This document shows positions 38,707-50,105 of a DNA stretch of 64,000 nt, piece after piece (position 1 is the first letter of the stretch; each line of letters opens with the position of its first letter). Below the pieces are notes generated by a model that did no database searches, was not told the origin of the DNA, and saw only the letters and a program-made list of their open reading frames with translations. Source of the DNA: Enoplolaimus lenunculus. Taxonomy: Eukaryota. The position numbers were made by a program, and so were the translations under genes. The DNA is taken from positions 62,001-126,000 of the forward strand of contig JASANG010003910.1 in the NCBI GenBank assembly GCA_030248215.1. Reading direction: 5' to 3'.

Positions 38707-41700
38707 TTAGCATCTGTGGTAAGAAAATCCACCACACGCTGCCGTAACAATAATGAAAACAACAAGCTGAAACATAATAACGATGCTATATACAAGTGGA
38801 TAGCAACGATTATAACGGCGAACTTAACCGTAAGAACAGATGTTCAAAGAAATTCTGATTCCGGTATAAATTATATCAAAATTTTAATTCCGATTCGGGC
38901 CGAGTTTTACAATAAATTTCAATATGTCGCCAATTTTGGCTACGTGCCATATTACGCCAATCTTATTTCATATTTAAATCACAAAAACCCCACCTCGTTT
39001 TGAGGCTATGAATCGGACCGTACGCAAATTATAAATTTTTCATTACGTGAACTCTTAATTTGTCTGAATATTAACGGAATGAGATTAATTTATTTTTGCA
39101 GCTCAATAAATTTATCTTCAGGTTTAAACCTCCTGTATGCATACAAAGGACCACGTTCAAACGACGAATGTTCGTCACTAATAGTCGCCTTACCGCTACT
39201 CCTAACAAACAAATGACTGTGACTTTGACATTTTTTATACAAAGATGACGAGCCAACGATCGACTGGAGTTTCGAAATGTAGCTGCCTGCAACATTATGC
39301 AAATTTCATTACAACACACGTGCCCCAATACTAGATTATTTACTTAGGGCGGGTGTGGGTGATGGATACTAAAGTTTTTCGGCTTCACGGTGCTGGGTAT
39401 TCAAGCTTTTTGGCTTCAGTGTTCACCACCTAGCCATCAAAAAAGATATTAAAGTTTCATTAATAACAATATTATGAAAACAATTACATAAATAACCGTG
39501 GGTGGCGAATATGGTTTGAAATGTGTATACATATTAGCGTTTACTGCTAACCCACTGTAAAACCTACCCCAGTTTGCAAATTTTCGCTCCTGTTTATTAG
39601 TAATTCAAGTCGTTCGCCACGGTCAGCGATACTATCTAAAATAAAATGGATTACCTATTATGTGCTTGGTAAAATGCTGAACTGCACAATATTAATAATA
39701 GCCTTAGAATCTTTATAGCGAACCGCGAAATCTAAAGTCTTTCTAACTAAAACCTGAATATTTCATGTATTAAAACAAAAGTAAAACACCATATTTACAA
39801 TACAATCTTCATGAAACATACCGCGCATTACGATCTAAACCTAACCTAAACACTGGAAAAATTTGAATACGTGATTCCTAGAATATTAGACACTCAACAG
39901 TAAAAGTTTATTACGAATTTATGATTACCTATATTTTTGACCATTATGTTTTTCAAGTCATCGACTTGGCCTTGAACTCGAGTGACTTTATCAAATTTTG
40001 GCTGTGAGAATGCTTTCTGGAATCAAACAGTACTTCAATAACTTCTTATGTTGCTTAACCGACACAATTACCACTTGGTACTATTATAGTGTAATGCTTG
40101 TCATGCATGTCACATTCTGATTTTTCATTGTGAAAGTAAATTGATATATTTTTCCAAAGCGTTTTGTTAATTTTGAAACTTAATACTAATAAATTGGGTA
40201 CAAGAGCCAGAGCTAGATCCATTACTATAAAATTCGATATTTTTATTATATTCTGCATAGCTTAACGACAACAAGCTGGACAAACATATTACCGCGTGTG
40301 TTTTTATAATAGGTAACATCATTCAGAGTGCAAAGCGTAACTGAAGTATAGCGGAGACGGACTTGATCGGAAGTGTAAAATTTCAGTTTATATATTTTGT
40401 ATACCGAATAGCATTATATACAATTGGAATGTGCTAAATTCATATATCTGTTTTCGAGTGCATGTTGTTCATTCTTCTGTGATAATTTCCATGCCATGTA
40501 TTTGAAATGTGAACTGAGAACTGATATAAGCACCGGAAGTTACAGAACTTAACGCAACTGCAATACAATTGAATAGCACAGGATCGAAATAGGAATCCAA
40601 TTGAATTTGAATCAAATATTTAGTCAGAATCGGAATTAGGGATGTGCCGATACTAAAACTTTTACCGATATCGATTCAAATTTTAATACATTATGCTTAA
40701 AGGATAGATGGGATACTACATTACATTATTGTTGATGACTTTAACCCTAACCACCATGCCCGATTATAATATTTTATGAGAACGGTTCATTTCAATTATT
40801 TTTTTCAAACACGAACGCATATGTTATGAGTTTTCCTGATTTGACGCAGATATACGCCAACAAGTCGTGACATTGATAGCATTCCAACAGACTGTTATGT
40901 AAAAACGTATCGGCAAGCAATTGGCTATTTTTTGCAGTGCCGATGCCAATCGAACGAAGTAACGGTTACTGCCGATGCTCGCTAATCGGCACATCTCTAA
41001 TTGGAATTCCGGTTGCACCCTAACTTCTTATCACGCACCATTTCAGTGGCAAGTGTAATAGAAAAATCGCTGTTCATGGCGTACGGAAGTGCTGTTTGGA
41101 CCCGTTGCCCATAAGTCGTTTTGATTCTATAAAACAAAATCATATGTACAAGGACGGTGTGGAATAGAGGTATCGTCGGGCCGTTGACATTGCCGTGCCG
41201 TAGACAAGATCAGAAAAATGCAGATCGTTAAAATCTACAATGCATTAGTTGAGGTTGTTCGTACTTAGATTTTGAACCTGAAATTAGTGCTTTCACAGCA
41301 TTTCATTGAAAGAGTTCTTCACGACCACGAAATAAATCGACATCGATAACTTTTAAAATAATCGGCATCGGCAAAAACAATACAAGTAATATATCGATCA
41401 GAATTTAACCGGATAACCAAATAATATCGGAACTGAATACTTTGTTTCCACGAGTCTTAGTATAAAGTTGGCTTCTTGAAGAGCTTGTTCTTGATATTTC
41501 ATAAAATTCGCAACAAAATACTGTGATCTTGATCGTCATGGTTTTTTGGGCGAAGTATGGGGTTTTGGCCCACTTTTTTCAAAAACAAACCCATATCAAC
41601 TATAAAGCTATATCTCCAGTATAACCCCAACTGAGATTGACTGCAAAACGCGTTCTCGTAGTATTATGCTATCGGATGAAACCGGAGCCGGATGTTGATG

Positions 41701-44700
41701 TTTTACCTAAGCCAAATATCCGGTTGTACCCTGGCATCGAGTATCGACCGACACATCACCTATATTAAAAGTTTTTCAAAGACTTACTTCTGTTGAATTG
41801 TCGATAGGAAGGCAAAGCTTTTAGACCGATCGAAGTCCTAAAATATGAAATGAAACATTATATAAGGATACTGCTGTGGTTATCCAATTACCTTCGGAGC
41901 CATAAAACAACATATTGAATATCATTCAAGCCTATTTGTGTTTTTGTCACAGCTTCATAAACCGAAAGAAAAGCAAGTAGTATACGTATACTAGGGTACA
42001 ACAGGAACAAAACAATAGATGGTCAATCATCCACCTTTTGACGGTATGAGTACAACACAGAATCTTCGTCAGTCGAAAGACTATATTTCAGGGTGCAACC
42101 GGAATTACAATTTACCGGAACCGGAATTTGAAAATTTTACCGGAACCGGAACCGGAAAGTGAATAATGCATTTCACCAAAAATTTCATTTTAATCTTATT
42201 TTTTGCTCTATTATTTGTGAAATAACCTTAGTCGAACATAGGTATTTACTTTATTTGTTGTATTTTAGATTTTCATCATCGACTGAAGTGAAATCCACCA
42301 TCAATGGCTTATATTCGGAGTACAAGTGGCTTTCAAAAGAGATTCTTAAAAATTAGCAAAGTTAAGAAACGGCCAAATTATAATACCGGAATTTTTAAAT
42401 CCGGTAAAAATATACCGGAACCGGAAGGTGAAAAAATGCCGGAACCGGAACCGGAATTCCGGTTGCACCCTGCTATATTTGTGTTTTTGTCACTGCTTCA
42501 AGAACCGAAAAAATAAGCAGTATACGTATGCTAGGTTTCAACCGCATATCAGGCTACGGCTAAAGGTGGACATCCTACCCCGGTATTTTACATTGCCCAT
42601 TTATTGCTGACCACGGAAGCAAAATCTACCTTCGATGGTTTATTTTCGGCGACTGTCACGGTTTCGCGAAGCGTTTTATATTTTGTGCTCGGTGATCAAA
42701 AGTTAAATGTTCATCTGTCCGTCCGACCGTACGAAAAGAATCTCAGGAACCGCTCAACCGAGTTTGATAAACTTTTGTTGTTTGAAAGCCAGGGTGCAAC
42801 CGGAATTCCGGTTCCGGCATTTTTTCACCTTCCGGTTCCGGTCCGGTAAATTTTTACCGGATTTAAAAATTCCGGTGTTATAATTTGGCCAACTGGCTCC
42901 AGGCAAATCAACGGCAACTACATTCACAACATTCTCGCACGAAGTTAACAAGGCGCTGCCAATCAAAGTCAATGGGTCCCCCATCCCCACCACATCAAAA
43001 CCAAGGCTACTAGGCATCACCTTCGACAGCATGTTCACGTTCACACATCATGCAACCAAAGTCGCTGATGCCCTAAGTAAACGCAACACAATCCTGCGTG
43101 CTGTTGCAGGCTTAACCTGGAGAAGGCACCAGGACACCCTTTTAACCACCATAAAGCCATCGAAAGGTCGTTACCCAACTACGGCGCCCCAATTTGATCT
43201 CGAGGTCTATCTGCTAGTAAATGGCAAGAATTGCAACGTTAGCAAAACTCGGCAATTTGTGCAATCACCGGCTGCCTACTGAAAACGTCAGAACAACACC
43301 TACACCTAGAAACTGGCATGCTTCCAGTCAAGAGCCATCACCTAATGTTGGCAGAACAGTTTTATCTGCGTTGTCATCGCGAAAACCACATTAACCATAC
43401 CACAGTATTGACGCCATCAGTGCCACGTCGCCTCATGCACTAGACCCTAGCTAGCATCTTCACACGCCCGTCAGACGCAAACGAAATCGATGAAGATGTC
43501 TACCGAAGACAATTCAAGACCATTCGCGATGAAGCACACCAAAACACAGCGAAAAGATACAAACCACGGGTCCTGCTAGGCGGGTATCCGCCACCTATAT
43601 CCCAGTGGAGAAAACACTTCCACGCAGCACCCGATGCAAACTTGCCCGCCTCCGTACCGGTTATTCAAGCATCCTCAACAACTACCTCGCCAAGATCAAT
43701 CCAGGGACGGCGGATCAGTGCCCAAACGGTCAGGGCACACCACACAATACGGTGCACCTATTCAACTGCCCGCGCAAGCCCACCAGCCTCACCACTGAAG
43801 CGTTATAGACGAATCCAGTTGAAGCAGCGACCTTCCTCGAACTCGAGCTGGCTGGCGTCTCGTAGCACACAAGGCGTTACAACAACAAAAACAATAAACA
43901 ACAACAACAACAATGAAAAGTGCTGATTACTACCGATGCCGATTAATCGGCACACCCCTAGTTTATTAGCTACATGCTAATTTGCATAATTGGTTAAGCT
44001 TAAATTAGGACTTTTTACTGTATTTCACTAACGGTAATTTCTGGTATATATCCAGTTGACCTCTGATGTATAGGTACGACCGTAAAGTGAATTCTCGGCG
44101 TAAATATACATGTATACAGACATTACGTTCGGGATTAAAACAAACACTCACGTCATCTGTTATACAGAGGTAAATTATGTTTTCTTCGGCGATATAATGA
44201 AACAAGTACCTAAAATGTTTACAAGTATATATACGTAGCAGATGGTACATTTGGTTTTAAAATCGTGATATGACAAATGCGGCAATTTTTATATGAACGG
44301 GTAGGTATATAAATCACTTTTGGTTACTGAGCATATATTTAATAAGGCAAAATAGATGTTTTATATGCACATTATTTTCATAAACAAATTCAACGTGATT
44401 GCCAAATAAACCCTGGAAATAAATTTTGCCAGAACAAGAACAGGAATTGAATTTCTTTGCAGGAAACGGAATTTGAAACAATTTGGTCACCGAATTACTG
44501 TTGCACTTTTTAGAAAAGTTCCCAAAAATGATTTAAACGAATTTTCACTTATTTCTCGCGAAAAGATATCAGAAACAATAATTTAACAAAGTTGAACTAA
44601 TTACAAACCCACTTATTTAGAAATAACAATTTTTCAAAAACAACGTTTCCAATATTTAAATGACTATAAATCGTGTGATTGAGTTTCACTTTCTCCCTAG

Positions 44701-45059
44701 TAAAGCCTGTGCTGGATATTGCGGTATCCGCCTCCCCATTTTTACATCAGATCGCACCCTTGCGGTTGCACTACACATACATCAAATTGGTTTTCTCAAG
44801 ATGTTTAGTCACAATTGGTTGGTTTGTTACACAGTCTCTAAAGAGCTAGAATATCTGAAACGAAAATCTTGATCGACTCTGCTATGAACCTATTCAGTTT
44901 CTAATTAACTCACTTTCCATGCGAATATGTGAGCTTTCCACCATCCGATGGTATTTTAGCCAAAACTTGTTCTGATATTTCCGCAAAATTACCAGTACAG
45001 GACGCATGTTTGGCTAATACTGTAGTCCCTCTTGCAACTACAGAATAAAGGATCGGCAT
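38707..45059 (-). CDS. VAMP7: Vesicle-associated membrane protein 7, longin R-SNARE (8 exons, 216 aa)
   Basis: Exons 45059-44914, 44209-44152, 41837-41788, 41126-41039, 40016-39929, 39635-39568, 39286-39194, 38766-38707 (651 nt). Protein reads MPILYSVVARGTTVLAKHA...KLTYSHGKYLFHYI..IYLCITDDDFDRS...TYGQRVQTALPYAMNSDF...QVDDLKNIMVKNIDSIADRGERLELL...TM...ACGGFSYHRC. Confidence 0.96.
40638..40999. mobile_element. hAT-like MITE (TAGGGATGTGCCGAT TIR family), nested in a CAGG/CCGG-type element
   Basis: tagggatgtgccgatac ... aatcggcacatctcta; related partial copies at ~54787-55120 and ~53095-53139. Confidence 0.7.
42089..42472 (+). mobile_element. hAT-type MITE with perfect 8-bp TSD
   Basis: CAGGGTGCAACCGG...CCGGTTGCACCCTG flanked by CTATATTT on both sides (42081-42088, 42473-42480). 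Confidence 0.95.
42892..43914 (+). mobile_element. 5'-truncated non-LTR retrotransposon with (CAA)n tail (same broad clade as 33595-34546)
   Basis: Frameshifted ORF: KSTATTFT..IKVNGSPIPTTSKPRLLGITFDSMFTF..H, EQHLHLETGMLPV, LARLRTGYSSILNNYLAKI..DQCP..PHNTVHLFNCP; tail acaacaacaaaaacaataaacaacaacaacaac. Confidence 0.88.
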
Positions 45060-45186
45060 TTCAAAATAAAAAAGAAACCATCATATGATTATATGTCTCA
45101 ATAAAATATCTATCCTTTCTCTATATACACGAATAAACGTCGTCCAGTTGAAAACATTTGTTCATGCATTCAAGCAACCAATACTC

Positions 45187-46303
45187 ATTGAGCGAAGCTC
45201 GCGGTTTCGCGAAGCGTTTTATGTTTTGTACTTGGGGGTCGAAAGGTGGATGTCCGTCAGTCCGTCTGTCCGTCCGAAAAGAATCTCAGGAACGGCTGAA
45301 CCGATTTTGATAAAATTTTTTTTGTTTGAAAGCCAATTATCCTGGGGTGTTAACCTCGCATTGAGATTTTAAAATTTTGAGCCGTTTATTAGCTACAGGC
45401 TAATTTGCATAATTAATTAAGCATAAATTAGGACTTTCCACAATATTTCACTAATTATTACAATTAGAAGCAATCTAATTCTAGCATTAAAGGGTTTTGG
45501 GTGCGAAGAATTTGCGTAGACAGTTTACAAACCTCCAAACCCGATGCTTGAGCAGCTAGCTAATAGATAATTTGCATATTAGCATAGTTTATAAGCCTAA
45601 ATTACGACTTTTACAATATTTCACTAATTATTAAGGTTAAAAGCAATATAATTTCAGCCCTAAAGGGTTTTTAGGTGCACGGAATTTAAATAAATAGTTT
45701 AGAAACATCCAAAACCGATAATTGAATAGTTAGCTAATAGCTAATTTGCATATTAGCTTAATTGACAGGACAAAACTATGACTTTTTAAATTATTTCAAT
45801 AATTATTAGGGTTTACTGAAGGTTTTTGGGTGCGAGAAATCTGAATAAAATGTTTACAAACCTCCAAAACCGATAATTGAATAGTTAGCTAATAGCTAAT
45901 TTGCATATTAGCTTAATCGACAAGACAAAATTAGGACTTTTTAAATTATTTCAATAATTTTTAAGGTTAAAAGCAATATAATTTCAGCACTAAAGGGTTT
46001 TCGGGTGCGAGGAATCTGAATAAAATGTTTACAAACCTCCAAAACCGATTATCGAATAGTTAGTTAATAGATAATTTGCATGTTTGCTTAATTGACGAGA
46101 CAAAATTAGGACTTTTTGAATTATTCCAATAATTATTAGGGTGGCTGAAAGGTTTTTGCGTGCGAGGAATCTGAGGAAATTGCTTAATAACCTCCTAAAC
46201 CGATATATCAATAGTTAGCTAATAACTAATTTGCATATTACCTTACTTGCTTACGTGTGTTCGAGCTTCGCTCAATATATGTAGTCCCACTACGACTGGT
46301 ATA
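45187..46303 (+). mobile_element. DINE-1/Helentron-like element ~130 bp upstream of the VAMP7 ATG
   Basis: attgagcgaagctcg ... cgagcttcgctcaat subterminal IR, gtccgtcagtccgtctgtcc microsatellite, expanded internal tandem repeats, 3' hairpin gtagt-ccc-actac (46281-46293). Confidence 0.8.
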
Positions 46304-46420
46304 GTGATTCTAAACAATAACAAATGAGATTACAACGTCCTCATTTTACTACATGTTAAAGGCTTTCGGCAAAGTTATCCTTAATCCATGATCGTCAATC
46401 GTCATATATAGTATAAGCTA

Positions 46421-47223
46421 GTGGCTTCTCCACAGCTTGAAAATTTCCGCAGGGGGGCGTTTCCTGGGGGCCCCCAGGAGTTTCCTGGAGGGCAGCTAAT
46501 TTTGCTGAGGGGCAGTTTTCCTGGGGGGCCCCCAGATGATCTGGGGGGTCCTGGGGGGCAGGCTCAAAATTTTGCAAGCCGACCTTTTGGACCGTTTTTT
46601 ATTCTAGATCGTGTTTCCAACTCAACTGAAGTTACTCATCGCTCAACATGACAAAATTCCCCGCAAACGCTAATAACAATAATTTTAACTAATATTACTG
46701 ACTTTACCAAAAGTTGAAAAAAGCACAATTATATAAAATATAGATAATCTATAATTGAAACTGTGATTAACATATATTTTATATATTAGTCACAGATTCA
46801 GTTTATCATAAGGCTCAGGCGGGTTGAACTTGTTGCTGCAAGGTACTTTCGAATGCTGTATGCCCTGAAACGGTCTTTATATAATTGTGCTTTTTTTCAG
46901 TTCATTATTGAATTGTACTAGTTACTACCGGTATTTGTAACGCTATTAAAAAATTATGAGTACTCAGCGTAATATAAAATCAAATTTTGCCGAATGTCCG
47001 CCTCAAAAAAAGTCCAGGTCTTTATGTTTTAACATTGAAAATTTTTGGCTTAGAAAAGTCCTGGGGGGCCCCAGCAAAAAAATTTGCTGGGGGGCATTTT
47101 GCTGGGGGGCGGCCGAATATTCGCCGGGGGGCCTTTCCTGGGGCGGCAAAATTTTCGCCGGGGGGGGAATGAAAATTTCGAAAAGTGCTGGGCCCCCCCC
47201 CCCCCCCGCCGTGGAGAAGCCAG
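46421..47223. mobile_element. MITE with G/C-run-rich arms
   Basis: TIRs tggcttctccac / gtggagaagcca; agcta(gt) occurs on both flanks; AT-rich centre. Confidence 0.7.
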
Positions 47224-47797
47224 AGCTAGTAGTCCGACTTTGCGCAATGCCCAAAGGTTCTAGTTAGCAAAACATAACTGAACAGCTGCGTTGTGGTCCC
47301 TCATTCGCAAGGAACCCACTGGGATCAGCCCCATAGAGAAATTCTGTACCGTTATAACAATTAGAATTCTGCTTAAAAGTCAAGCGAACTTCCAGAATGC
47401 AAATTCTAAATTCGTTTTAGAGCCCTTATCACGTTTAGCTGAATACGGGTCTGCTGCGACGATAATCTACATATGTTGGCGTAGCGTAGGTTGTCGTTGT
47501 CACTCTGGTTAGGTTATTATGCGGAAGCTACATGCACCCGTTCGCCACGCAGCAAACATCTTGAATTTCTTTCATAGTCGACCGTATATCGACATTCGTG
47601 TTGCCAAGAAGCGTCCGTGACGTATATATATTTCGGACAAGCATTTCAACTTCACCTGCTAGCGTACGTAGCACGGAAAACCGGAGCTCTGCCTCCGGGT
47701 CCGGCAAAATGGACTTATGATTCTAGCTCCAATAAAATTTTTGCCAGAGGTATCGGTAATTTCGGTATTAAAATATATCGTATTTCTATAACAGCTG

Positions 47798-48183
47798 CAG
47801 GGTGCAAAGCGGAACCGGAATCGGAACAGCAAATTTATACCGGAATCGGAATTATAAAATTTGTGACTATGTTGATAATTTGTATTAACAATCTATAATA
47901 TTGATTTAGAATGTCTGTTGGCCGGCAACAGTTCTCAAAGACGTCGCATGAACAAATTGACAATTTTTGGCTCTGTAAGGCTAAACTACAATCAATTATT
48001 GATAAGTTAATATGTCGAAAACAATTTAATAGATACGTAAATGATGCACAGCATATCACAACAAGTAGGCCTATAATTAAAATGTGGGAAATCCGATTCC
48101 GATTGATGGTGCAATCGGAATCAGAATCGGAACTCGTTTTGAATCGGAATTCTAATCGGAATCGGAATTCCGATTGCACCCTG
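47798..48183. mobile_element. hAT-type MITE (CAGGGTGCAA termini, GGAATC subrepeats)
   Basis: cagggtgcaa ... ttgcaccctg; flanks aacagctg / aaaagctg (7/8 TSD match). Related partial inverted copy from ~57605. Confidence 0.8.
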
Positions 48184-48766
48184 AAAAGCTGTACCTTCAG
48201 CGAGTGGACTTCAGAGTCTGTTTATACCATTTTGTACGAAAGGTTCTGCATCATAGTTAGTAAATTATAGAACAGTTCCTCTCACTAGTGTTTGTTGGAA
48301 AGTTATGGAGAGCATACTTAGGTAAGGATAAGAAGTTGGAACAGAGAATATGTGGTTTTCTTGCTACCAATACGGTTTTTGTTTATCAGGTAGTCTACAT
48401 GCTTCCATTTGTTGCATACCGTACATTATTTGATTCCTAATTTGGAGTTACACTAAATTTAATTGGTGTAGTTTATATTGAACTCACTAAATCTTTCAAT
48501 GCTATGAATCATACATAAGTTTTGATAAAATTAAAGGCCTGTGGTTTCAATGGTAAATTGTTAAATTAGATAAAGCAGTTTTTCTACTTTTTACAAAGTT
48601 ACTTAAAGAGCCCCTCAAGGATCTGTGTTGCGAGTCTGGGGCCGTTTTTATTTTTGATATATATCTACACAAACGAAATAAAAATAACGCGGGCAAACAA
48701 AAAATTTATGTTGGTATTTAAACATCTCACCATGGCGGTTAGAGAGTTTGTCAAATTCAAGTTCAG

Positions 48767-50105
48767 TGTAAGTATGTGAGACATGCTTGTCCGTTATGTG
48801 CACATGCAATATAGTGCAGTGCACTGTGTGTATGCTAGCTGGCAACATACGGTCGACATATAGTCGACGAAAAATGCAGTTGGAAAAGCGGCTACGTGGC
48901 GCAGTGATAGAGTGCTCGCTTAAGGATCCATAGGCTGAGAGTTCGATCCCCGCTCTAGCCCACTTTTCCAGCTGCTCAGTTAAAAAGGTCTGATGTCCCG
49001 GTTCTTACCTAGACTGACATGGGGGCTACTCCGTGGACGCAATGGGAAATTGCCGCGCTATGAGCACGGTATCCAGTCGAAAATAGGATGGACGGTCAAG
49101 GGACGATCTTGTTGAAAATAAGGGCATGTAAGCATGTGAGACATGCTTTTGCGTTATGTGCACATGCAATATAGTGCAGTGCACTGTACGTATGCTAGCT
49201 GGCAGCATACGGTCGACAAATATAGTCGACAAAAATGGTAGTTGGTCAGGCGGGCTGCGTGGCGCAGTGGTAACAGCGTCTGCCTGACACGCAGAAGGTC
49301 TCTAGTTCGAAACCACCCCTAGCCCGCTTTTCCAGCTGCGTAGTAAAAGGTCAGATGTCCCTTGGTTCCAACCTAGACTGACATGGGGGCCACGCCGTGA
49401 GCGCAATAGTAAACAGCCGCGCTATGAACACGGTATCCAGTCGAAAGTAGGATGGACGGTCAAGGGACGGCCTTGTTGAAAATAAGGGCATGTAAGCGTG
49501 TGAGACATGCTTGTCCGTTATGTGCACATGCAATATAGTGCGGTACACTGTGTGTATGCTAGCTGGCAGCATACGGTCGACATATAGTCGATGAAAAATG
49601 CAGTTTGAAAAGCGGGCTACGTGGCGCAGTGATAGAGTGCTCGCTTAAGGATCAATAGGCTGAGAGTTCGATCCCCGCTCTAGCCCACTTTTCCAGCTGC
49701 TCAGTTAAAAAGGTCTGATGTCCCGGTTCTTACCCAGACTGACATGGGGGCTACTCCGTGGACGCAATGGGAAATTGCCGCGCTATGAACACGGTATCCA
49801 GTCGAAAGTAGGATGGACGGTCAAGGGACGGCCTTGTTGAAAATAAGGGCATGTAAGCGTGTGTAACATGCTTGTCCGTTATGTGCACATGCAATATAGT
49901 GCGGTACACTGTGTGTATGCTAGCTGGCAGCATACGGTCGACATATAGTCGATGAAAAATGCAGTTTGAAAAGCGGGCTACGTGGCGCAGTGTTAGAGTG
50001 CTCACTTAAGGATCCATAGGCTGAGAGTTCGATTCCCGCTCTAGCCCGCTTTTCTAGCTGCTTAGTTAAAAAGGTCTGATGTCCCGGTTCCTACCTAGAC
50101 TGACA
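48767..50105 (+). mobile_element. Tandem-array TRIM (non-autonomous LTR retrotransposon) with tRNA-derived LTR heads
   Basis: LTRs 48767-49019, 49127-49383, 49491-49744, 49852-50105, each TGTAAG...CTGACA. Three 107-bp spacers begin TGGGGGC (PBS) and end GAAAATAAGGGCA (PPT). 5-bp TSD TTCAG at 48762-48766 and 50106-50110. Confidence 0.92.
49252..49325 (+). pseudogene. tRNA-Val-derived head in LTR2 (not a functional tRNA)
   Basis: Box A TGGCGCAGTGG (49260-49270), anticodon arm TCTGC-CTGACAC-GCAGA, then AGGTC, box B-like AGTTCGAAACC, acceptor-like GGGCT/AGCCC; the T-stem does not pair. Confidence 0.75.

Noticed and set aside
48985..49085. Hammerhead or HDV-like ribozyme in the tandem unit (ctgatgt..., ctatgag...gaaa)
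   Set aside because: No intact CUGAUGA/GAAA core with pairing stems I-III could be built by eye; the LTR/PBS/PPT model explains the repeat.
49252..49325. Functional tRNA-Val(GAC) gene
   Set aside because: The T-stem cannot pair, the acceptor stem is incomplete, and it is embedded in an LTR; treated as a tRNA-derived promoter head.
48648..50005. Repeated minus-strand ORFs (MLPASIHTV...)
   Set aside because: Chance frames on the antisense strand of the non-coding TRIM units.
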